Below, in pieces: positions 55,015 through 64,000 of a stretch of DNA of 64,000 nt. The position numbers and the translations under genes were made by a program. Source of the DNA: Eledone cirrhosa. Lineage: Eukaryota. Below the pieces are notes generated by a model. The model made no database searches, had not been told where the DNA came from, and was given only the letters and a program-made list of their open reading frames with translations. Position 1 is the stretch's first letter, and each line of letters starts with the position of its first letter. Location of the stretch: the NCBI GenBank assembly GCA_964016885.1, contig CAXHJY010001233.1, forward strand, positions 1 to 64,000, in the 5' to 3' direction.

Positions 55015-55045
55015 CATACCTAATATAATAAATATTTAGTTAGGT

Positions 55046-55075
<30 letters not shown>
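54857..55075. repeat. 3x tacctaatataataaatatttagttaggtagg separated by (TA)n
   Basis: Units at ~54857, 54937 and 55017. Confidence 0.9.
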
Positions 55076-55080
<5 letters not shown>

Positions 55081-55492
55081 ATATTAACAAATGGAAACTA
55101 TATTTATAAAACCATATTTATTTTATTATACATATTTCAAGGGCCACCAAGGCAAATTATGGTGCGCTTTCATCAGATAAAATACAATACAGATTAGTTT
55201 TATAAATAAATATTGACATACCCTGAAAAGACAACCTTACAGGTTGGAGCTTTCAGGGTATGTCAATATTTATTTATAAAACTAATCTGTATTGTATTTT
55301 ATCTGATGAAAGCGCACCATAATTTGCCTTGGTGGCTCTTGAAATATGTATAATAAAATAAATATGGTTTTTTAAATATTGTTTCCATTTGTTAATATAT
55401 TGTATATTTACTCCCCTTATATGTTGAGTGCTTTATATCAGTTATACAAATTTTTAAGCTTGTTGAATCCCAACAAATTAAATATAACCTCT

Positions 55493-55495
<3 letters not shown>
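55073..55495 (+). mobile_element. Family E element with ~155-bp inverted duplication; HHRs on both strands (55119-55184 minus; 55295-55360 plus)
   Basis: Arms 55073-55228 and 55251-55406 with ~3 mismatches and a 22-nt spacer; TA/CA-flanked. Confidence 0.9.
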
Positions 55496-55526
<31 letters not shown>

Positions 55527-55686
55527 TGTCTGCTAGCTGCGTTAGCTACTTATTATAAAAGACAATGGCTTCAAAAGCCAAAAAAATTGTAGGGAGTCGA
55601 CCCAAATACATAATAGGTGTGTATTCTAATGACCCTGCAGAAAGGGAAGGCGGCAAAAATGGGATCAAGGTGAAATTTGAACTATA

Positions 55687-55731
<45 letters not shown>

Positions 55732-56032
55732 TGCCATGTAATGCTGTATGTAGTATTTCTGTCATAATAGAGCTCCCGGCTACTAAAGTTAAGTTTAAAA
55801 TGACTTGTTACCTCTGGCACAAAAGTGACAAATTTATTGCTAGCTGATGTAGGGTGGTGGTGGTGGTGTCTGTGTGTGGTGGTGGTGGTGGTGTCTGTGT
55901 GTGGTGGTGGTGGTGTCTGTGTGGTGGTGGTGGTGGTGGTGGTGTCTGTGGGTGGTGGTGGTGGTGTCTGTGGGTGGTGGTGGTCTGTGTGGTGTATAGA
56001 TGATTGAATTATTATTATTATTATTATTATTA

Positions 56033-56445
56033 TCAACAAACTGGCTGGAAGGCAGCACTTCGCCCTCAGGGTGGAGAGGGAAGTGCTGCCTTCCAGCCAG
56101 TTTGTTGAAAGGTGGGTAACAGAGGCAAGCACGGCCTGTGTGGAGGGGCCTACCCCGAGCGTATGCCTGGAGCATCGTGGGAGGAAAACAGGAAAAGGGC
56201 AAGCTTTCCTCCTACGATGCTACAGGGTAACCGTGGCTTTTTGGTGGGCTTTCTCCACGAGCGACCCTCGGAAGTCCCCTCCCCCGACCCTCGGAAGTCC
56301 CCTCCCCCCTATTGGGGAATTTTTCATTGTTTCTTTTTTTGTTACATCCTCTGTTTTTCTTTTTTTTATACGCAGAAATTTGTACCGTCCTGTACTGTCC
56401 TTAATGTCTACTTTGTGTAAACCCTTGTGGTTAATAAAGAAAGCA
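56033..56445 (+). mobile_element. 5'-truncated L1/Tx1-like 3' end with 5' fold-back, in (ATT)n
   Basis: RVEREVLPSSQFVERWV resembles Tx1 ORF2 C-termini; T-rich UTR and AATAAA at ~56433; 29-bp perfect inverted repeat 56033-56061/56080-56108. Confidence 0.55.
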
Positions 56446-56457
56446 TTATTATTATTA

Positions 56458-56640
56458 TTGGCAGTATCGGTAGAGGGTCGGACGCCATGCTTTGACGCAT
56501 AGAGTTACGGCCCTTGCCATTCTGAGTTCAAATCCCGCCGAGGTTAACTTTGCCTTTCATCCTTACGGGGTCGATAAAATAAAGTACCAGTAATGTACTG
56601 GGTGTTTGCTGGCCTTGTGCCTAAAGTAGAAACAATTATT
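56458..56640 (+). mobile_element. S1 SINE, good reference copy
   Basis: A box tggcagtatcgg, B box gagttcaaatccc, central gcctttcatccttacggggtcgataaaataaagtaccag, (ATT)n tail. Confidence 0.9.
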
Positions 56641-56762
56641 ATTATTGCTGTTTAATTCTCAGAATGTAGACGAATGTAACTTTAGATCTGGAGGACGTCT
56701 GGTAGTCAACCGATGTACATATATCACGTCTGTTGCGAATGATGTTGCTTCAACAAAAACAC

Positions 56763-56970
56763 CTACCACCACCACCGCCACCACCACCACCACTGCTGTC
56801 ACTTCCACCACCAATACTACTACAACTACCACCACCACTACCACCACCACTGCTGTCACTTCCACCACCACTACTACTACAACTACCACCACCACCACTA
56901 CCACTACCACCACCACTACTACCACCACCACCACCACCACCACCACCTACTACTACTACTACTACTACTA
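56763..56970. repeat. ACC/ACT trinucleotide mosaic
   Basis: Direct inspection. Confidence 0.93.
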
Positions 56971-57507
56971 CTTACGTTCTAAGTTCAAATAGTATCTTTA
57001 TCTTTCTGAAGTCAATAAAATATAGTACCAGACATGTACTGAGGTCGATTTGATAGATCCACTCCCAGGTATTTATGTGAATGTGTGCCAGTATTTCGTG
57101 TATATATGTGTGTGTGTGTGTGTGTGTGACAATGTGTTAGTATCTCATATATATATATATATGTGTGTGTGTGTGTATGTGACAATGTGTCAGTATTTTG
57201 TATGTATATATGTGTGAATATGTGTATGGATATGTATTAGTATCTTGTGTGTGTGTGTGTGTGTGTGTGAATGAATGTTAATATCTCGTGTATATATATG
57301 TGTGAGTTTGTGTGTTGTGTGTGTATTTGACAATGTGTTAGTATCTCGTATATGTGTGTTGTGTGTGTATGTGTGTAAGTGACAATGTGTTAGTATCTCG
57401 TATATATGTGTGTGTGTGTGAGTTTGTGTGTTGTGTGTTGTGTGTGCGTGTCTGTAAGTGTCCCCGCATGCGTGAGATAAGGAAGTAAAGATTGGTTTCA
57501 AATAATA

Positions 57508-57616
57508 ATTATTTCTACTTTTAGCACAAGGCCAGCAATTACCCCAGTGTATTACTGGTACTTTATTTTATCGACCCCGTAAGGATGAAAGGCAAAGTTA
57601 ACCTCGGCGGGATTTG
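57508..57616 (-). mobile_element. S1 SINE, 5'-truncated
   Basis: Homology to S1. Confidence 0.85.
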
Positions 57617-57725
57617 TACATAAAGTGATTTTCCCTTATTACGGCTGAGTTAGTTTCCATGACTGAGTTAATCGAAGCCAGATGACGTCAGACGGCTTTT
57701 CTCCTTTCGTCAGCAGTCAAATCTA

Positions 57726-57785
57726 TTGACTGTTATTGCAATTACTTGTGTGTGTATGTGTGTGTGTATATATATTTATATATAT

Positions 57786-57837
<52 letters not shown>

Positions 57838-58103
57838 TGACTACAATTACTTGTGTGTGTATGTGTGTGTGTGTATATATATATATATTGACTACAATTA
57901 CTTGTGTGTGTGTGTATATATATATATATTGACTACAATTACTTGTGTGTGTGTGTATATATATATATATTGACTACAATTACTTGTGTGTGTATGTGTG
58001 TGTGTGTATATATATATATATTGACTACAATTACGTGTGTGTGTGTATATATATATATATATTGACTACAATTACTTGTGTGTGTGTGTATATATATATA
58101 TAT
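57726..58103. repeat. Compound minisatellite ttgactacaattact-(GT)n-(TA)n, ~7 units
   Basis: Fixed 15-mer separated by variable-length microsatellites. Confidence 0.9.
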
Positions 58104-58167
58104 AGACTGACAGATATGTCGGTCGGGTGGAAGGGGATAGGAGGGAATGAGGGAAGATGCTCTGACA

Positions 58168-58421
58168 GTGGTAGTGATGGTAGCAGTAGTAGTAGTAGCA
58201 GTAGCAGTAGTAAAAGTAGTAGCAGTAGTAGTCGCAGCAGCAGTAGTAGCAGTAGTAGTAGTCGCAGCAGCAGTAGTAGCAGTAGTAGTAGTCGCAGCAG
58301 CAGCAGTAGCAGTAGTAGTAGTAGTAGCAGTAGTAGCAGTAGTAGTAGTAGTAGTAGCAGTAACAGTAGTAGTCGCAGCAGCAGTAGTAGCAGTAGCAGT
58401 AGCAGTAGTAGTCGCAGCAGC

Positions 58422-58492
<71 letters not shown>

Positions 58493-58592
58493 CAGTAGCA
58501 GTAGTAGTAGCAGCAGTAGCAGTAGTAGTAGTAGTAGCAGTAGTAGTAGCAGTAGTAGTAGCAGTAGTAGTAGCAGTAGTAGTAGCAGTAGT
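58168..58592. repeat. AGT/AGC trinucleotide mosaic
   Basis: Poly-S pseudo-ORF. Confidence 0.95.
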
Positions 58593-58717
58593 TTAACCCC
58601 AAGCGGTTCTCTTCAGTTTCTCAATGTCCGATTTTGATTTTCGATCCGTAACTTTTTCTCCGTTGATCTAGTTTCACTAACTACAGAAACCACAGCCATT
58701 TCCTTTCTTTGTGTGTG

Positions 58718-58772
<55 letters not shown>

Positions 58773-60035
58773 TTGTGTGTGTGTGTGTGTGAGGGAAAGA
58801 AAGAAAGAGAAAGAATGAAGGAAAGAAAGAAAGAAAGAGAAAGAATGAAAGAAAGAAAGAAAGAGAAAGAATGAAGGAAAGAAAGAAAGAAAGAAAGAAA
58901 GAGAAAGAATGAAAGAAAGAAAGAAAGAAAGAGAGAGGAGTGAATAAATAAATAAACGTTATAGCTTTTTAAAAATTGAATATTTTTAGTAATTTGTGAC
59001 AATCTAATGTACACCCCCACCCCTCCTGTTTACCTAGCGATACAACAACAACAACAACAACAACAAGTGATGAGAATAAAAACAACAATTATGGACGAAA
59101 CCTAACATAAAAAAAACAAAAAAGGACAAAAAAGTCAGAAGTATATTTTGGTGGATCCTCTCTTGGTTTCAACAAAAATCAATAGATTTACATAGATACT
59201 GATATATATATATGTATTAATATATATATAGAGAGAGAGAGAGAGAGGGAGAGAGAGAGGTAAAGAGAGAGAGAGAGAGGTAAAGAGAGGGAGAGGTAAA
59301 GAGATAGATTCTTTTCAATTATATATATATATATATATACATACAAATACACGCATACATACTCATACATATGTACGTATGTACACTCATTTACACACAC
59401 AAACACATGCCTTTATCTACGACGACACAGGCCGCGGTAAGTGCAAGTTCTAAGCACCGACGAAAGGTGCAGTTCATGAAACGCCGAACAATAAATATAT
59501 AAACGACAACATAAACAATAAAATAAACAATAAAATGAAATTTAGAAAATAAAGGAAACAATAACAACTACTACAACAACAAAAATGGAAAACTTAAATC
59601 AAGTGTACTTTGTAACGATTATTTATCGACGTCCGGTATTTTGTAAATGACGAGAGTCTGCCAGTTTGATAGCTTCTGACAAAAATTGAAATAATTGAAA
59701 CTCGTTGAATTACCTTTCTTTGTTACATAGAATTGAAACATTTTAGTTTATATGTTAGTTAGGAAAGGAAGTCACAGTAGATGGCGTGGTGGTAGCGGTG
59801 GTGCTGTGATGGGGTAGATGGCGGTGACGGTGGGGATGGGGGGAGGGAGGCGGCTGTACCGAGGTATCAAAGTGTAAAACCATTTGCAGACAGGAAAACG
59901 ATTTGAATTTCATATAGTAATTGACAAAAGAATTCCCGGAATGTTTATAGAACAAGAAATGGAAGAGAGGGGGAAATGTTTTGAAATATGTTTAAGAAAT
60001 AACTAGAGATGACGGAATTATTATTATTATTATTT

Positions 60036-60580
60036 ATACCATGCTTTGGAGCAGAGTTACGGTCTTTTATGATCTGAGTTCAAATCCCGCCGAGGTTAAC
60101 GTTACCTTTCATCCTTACGGGGGTCGATAAAATAAAGTACCAGTCACGCACTCGGGTCGATTTAATCGACTTCCCCCTCCCCCAAAATTGCTGGCCTTGT
60201 GCCTATATAAGAAATCATTGTGGATTGGCAGTATCGGTAGAGGGTCGGACACCATGCTTTGCAGCAAAGAGTTACACCCCTGCCATTCTGAGTTCAAATC
60301 CAGCCGAGGTTAACTTTGCCTTTCATCCTTACAGGGTCGATAAAATAAAGTACCAGTAATACACTGGGATAATTGCTGGCCTTGTGCCAAAAGGAGAAAC
60401 AATTATTATTTATACTTAATAACATATTTTAAGAAGCAGTGAATTGACAGAGTCGTTAGAAAGTTAGAAATATATTGCGGTATTCGTTCACATCACACCG
60501 AGGTCAACTTTGCCTTTTATTCTTTCGAGTTCGATCAAATAAATACCAGACTAGTACTGGAACTGGTTCTCCTTCTATAT
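60036..60580 (+). mobile_element. Three tandem S1/S1b SINEs
   Basis: Copies at ~60036-60217, 60218-60410 and 60435-60580. Confidence 0.85.
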
Positions 60581-60589
60581 AAGAACGAC

Positions 60590-60677
60590 ACAGTACAATG
60601 AAGAAATATATTAGTTTTACGCTTGATATAGTAAGAAAAGAATCTTAATGTTTCGGTCTCTAGTCCTTCATCAGAAA
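60590..60677 (-). mobile_element. Family A HHR element
   Basis: Minus strand ttt-CTGATGA-aggactagagacc-GAAACATTaag; tail matches 40360-40420. Confidence 0.68.
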
Positions 60678-61668
60678 ATAGGTGAAATTAAAGAAGAAAA
60701 ATAAAGAAGAGTAAGCAGTGGCAGAAAGGTGAAATGGGGACGGTGAGAAGGGAGTAGTTAGAAGAGAATGGTGGAGGTATTTAAACACACAGCGTATTAT
60801 TATAGTTGACGAAGTTTGTGTCAAAGTTTTCATCCTCGATATTAACCTTTGTTTGTTGTTGTTGTTGTTTCAAACTAGAAAGGCATACCTGCCTCATATT
60901 CACATTTCTCCTTTGACGAGACATTGTTGAAACAACTAAACGAAAAATCAACATTTCCAGTGACTGACGAGCGAACACAAAGAGTTAGATAGCTAGAGAG
61001 AGAGGTGGAGGGAGAGAGTCAGTCAGAAAGAGAGAGGGGTGACAGACAGACAGACAGACAAACAGACCGAGAGAAGGAGAACGAGAGAGCGACAGAGAGA
61101 GCGAGAGAGAGAAAGAGCGAGCGAGAGAACGCGAGAGAGAGAGAGAGAGAGAGAGAGAGCGTGAGACCGAGAGAGAGCGCGCGAGACAGAGACAAAGAAA
61201 GGGCAAAAACAAACCAGAGACCTCTCGGTATGCCAACAATCCTGAGTATAGAATCAAGACACCCCATTTTTATCATCCCCTTTCCTCCAAACTGTAGGGT
61301 CTTTGTGACAACATGAAATAAACCTATAATATGTACTTAGAGAATTTCCACCCAGAATGTAAAAAAAAAAAAAAAAGGGGTGGAAAAATGCAACAAAAAA
61401 CAACGACTCAACAACATCAACAACATGAGAAAGAAATAATTATATTTCATTTTCTATTCGACCTGCTTGTGAACGCCATAGGTGGTATAGTTTAAGTAAT
61501 GGGAGTAATAAATATGTAATTAAAAGACTAGAAATTACTCAACAAATACGGTGATACAGTAAACCGATGATATTAGTATCTTAGTATCACGAGTTTCACT
61601 TGGATAAGAAAATCTGATATGTGTTATAATTGGTGCATGTGTGTATGTATATATATATATATATATAT

Positions 61669-61865
61669 AGGAAAATGTTCAGGACCCCGACGGCAGAACT
61701 CAAGCCGTTTCGACGACTATTTCTGGATTCCAGAAATAGCCGTCGAAACGGCTTGAGTTCTGCCATCGGGGTCCTGAACATTTCCCTATTACCCACTCTA
61801 CTACCCAAAGTATCGAGTACTCTGGTGCGTTATGGTCCACCTGATTCCTTACCACACTTCTTTCG

Positions 61866-61868
<3 letters not shown>
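61669..61868 (+). mobile_element. Family B element with complete ~60-bp-arm hairpin
   Basis: gaaaatgttcaggaccccgacggcagaactcaagccgtttcgacgactatttctgga t tccagaaatagccgtcgaaacggcttgagttctgccatcggggtcctgaacatttcc plus tail; TA-flanked. Confidence 0.9.
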
Positions 61869-61958
<90 letters not shown>

Positions 61959-61962
<4 letters not shown>

Positions 61963-62180
61963 AGGCGCGTGGCTGGTTAGAGAACTAGATTCACAATCTT
62001 GAGGTTGTCAGTTCGATTCCTGGACCGGGCGATGCGTTATGTCCTTGAGCAAGACACTTTATTTCACGTTGCTCCTTCTACCTGGAGTTGCGACCGACAG
62101 CAATTGCACTAGCAATTGGAAAGACCAACGGAAACATTGTTTCCTCGGTCCGATTTGACGAAAGTCGATCGACTGTCGAT
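61959..62180 (+). mobile_element. Composite S2 SINE
   Basis: gtgaaggcgcgtggc...gttcgattcc...gtccttgagcaagacact plus structured 3' module. Confidence 0.85.
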
Positions 62181-62490
62181 ATATAGCAAATATCTACGTG
62201 AGTACACACATACACAATATATATATATATATATATATATATGCAATACAATACTATACTATACAATACAATAGAATACAATGCTCTACTAGTTGACTTC
62301 CCCGTAGTTCTTTACCGGGTCACGTAAATATATAAGTAGGCAAATTACTAGATCGATACTGAAATCGATCGAAACCAATAAAAGACTAAAAGAATAAAAA
62401 TTTATAGATTTCTCTCTCTCTTTTTCTCTCCCGCACTCTCTATCTCTCTCATTATCTCTATTTCTCTCCCTCTCTCTCTTCATTTAACAG

Positions 62491-62537
<47 letters not shown>

Positions 62538-63111
62538 ACAATTTATAGATCGATTTCTCTCCCGCTCTCTCTCTATTTCTCGCCCCCTCTCTTCATTTAA
62601 CAGGGTATGTATGCATACCCAACCTCCAGCAGTCCATATCATTGAAATCTGATAGCACTCTTACTTATATATCAGAAAGAGATTGGTGTAAGGAATATAT
62701 AAGAGGTTGAGCTGGTAAACTAATATCATGGTAACTACCGACGTTTGTTCTCAAGATAATCACCACTTCATTATAACTTTCATTAAACCTGGACAATACC
62801 TTTTCCTTATAAACCTTTTATATATATATATGAACGTGTATATGTAGTTTTCTGTTCAAAGAAATACAATCAGTTTGACATGACAGTGGTAGTGTTTATT
62901 GAGTGAATAAACTTTTTTTATGTCAGTGGGTTTGTTTGTTTGTGGTATGGGCGTGCGTATAACTATAGATAACTATCTTGGCGCGCGCGCGCGTTCGTGC
63001 GTGCGTGCGTGCATACGTGCGCGCGCGCCACTATTTGCGTATTAATTAACTAAAAGCGTAATCGTGCATATTCACCCTACTAATAATTTATTTATCTGGG
63101 CTTGTGTGTGT

Positions 63112-63176
<65 letters not shown>

Positions 63177-63189
63177 GTGTGTGGTGTGT

Positions 63190-63221
<32 letters not shown>

Positions 63222-63319
63222 ACTATTTGCGTATTAATTAACTAAAAGCGTAATTGTGCATATTCAGATTTGCACTTCGTTTTCATCACGTGTGTGCGTA
63301 AGTATATATATATATCATT

Positions 63320-63436
63320 CTTTCTTCTGATGAAGGACTAGCGTCATAAACGTTAAGACCCTCTTCCTGCTATTTCGAGCGTTAACCTAATATATACCTT
63401 CCATATACTGTGTTGTTATTTCTGTTTACCTTTTAC
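63320..63436 (+). mobile_element. Family A HHR element (GAAA mutated)
   Basis: tctt-CTGATGA-aggactagcgtca-TAAAC-GTT-aaga plus tail to (CATA)n. Confidence 0.75.
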
Positions 63437-63761
63437 ATACATACATACGTACATACACACACATTATATATATATATTTATATATATATATATATATATG
63501 AAATGGGCGTTAAGACAGATGTCACATAATCATATTTATGCTGGATAGATAGAACAGACGTGGAGTTCTTTCTCTGCTTGCACCTGTTTATCAACGAGAC
63601 GTTACAACAACTCTTACGTATAAGCAGCACAGTAATTAGCTATACACACACACACAAATATATACATTACATACGTACATACACACACACAAATATATAC
63701 ATTACATACGTACATACACACACACATCTTGAGAGCAGGATAAACAGTGTAGAAATATGAA

Positions 63762-64000
63762 TCTGAGGGGGCCAAACTCCTCAAATACTGGTCGCTCTCC
63801 GACAGGTTTGCGGTCGTTCCCCTGGCAGTGGAGACTTCTGGTGTCCTCGGCTCCAGGGCTACCTCCTAACTCACCACCATAGGCGCTGAGCTGGCCAGCC
63901 GCAGGTGTGAGCCCCGCGAGTTGGAGTGGCTTTTCCAGCGCGTCTCCCTTGCCGTCCTCCGGGGAAACACCTTCTCCATTCTGTCCGCTGTGGGTGGGCC
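63762..64000 (+). mobile_element. 5'-truncated CRE-clade retrotransposon 3' end with in-frame stop
   Basis: AKLLKYWSLSDRFAVVPLAVETSGVLGSRATS*LTTIGAELASRRCEPRELEWLFQRVSLAVLRGNTFSILSAV; stop at 63867-63869. Confidence 0.8.

Noticed and set aside
57640-57720. Weak HHR-like strings here (minus strand) and at ~2505, ~3925, ~53310 and ~59450
   Set aside because: Stems I and II cannot be closed consistently or the core is mutated
62120-62165. Permuted hammerhead in the structured SINE module (ggaaac...ttgaYga)
   Set aside because: All copies have T rather than the required C of CUGA, and GAAAC is sequestered in its own stem
62979-63266. CG-rich palindrome and 46-bp direct repeat around (GT)n
   Set aside because: Explained by microsatellite slippage and local duplication

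Overview
This is eukaryotic, AT-rich, repeat-saturated non-coding DNA (intron or intergenic). The SINE families and the extreme microsatellite load suggest an octopus or other coleoid cephalopod; that assignment is an inference. No host protein-coding gene can be supported, and nearly all listed ORFs are translations of simple repeats. The window holds very long (TA)n, (CA)n and trinucleotide tracts and a ~2.25 kb array of a 46-bp minisatellite. It also holds more than 25 copies or fragments of two tRNA-derived SINE groups, 3' fragments of CRE-, RTE- and L1/Tx1-like LINEs, and a Tigger-like MITE. The most interesting content is about 20 short elements, mostly embedded in (TA)n, that carry type I hammerhead ribozyme (HHR) cores: CUGAnGA, stem II, GAAA, short stem III, NUH, often followed by AATAAA/ATTAAA and a short tail. 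They fall into at least five multi-copy families plus three singletons and match the architecture of Penelope-like element (PLE) pseudo-LTRs. Many are fold-back palindromes. One 9-copy family is a long hairpin centred on HHR stem II in which the CUGAnGA half appears replaced by the antisense of the GAAA/GUC half. Otherwise unrelated families share a small RCTC-N11-16-GAGYRCT tail motif. All structures were read by eye, and coordinates of degraded repeats are approximate.
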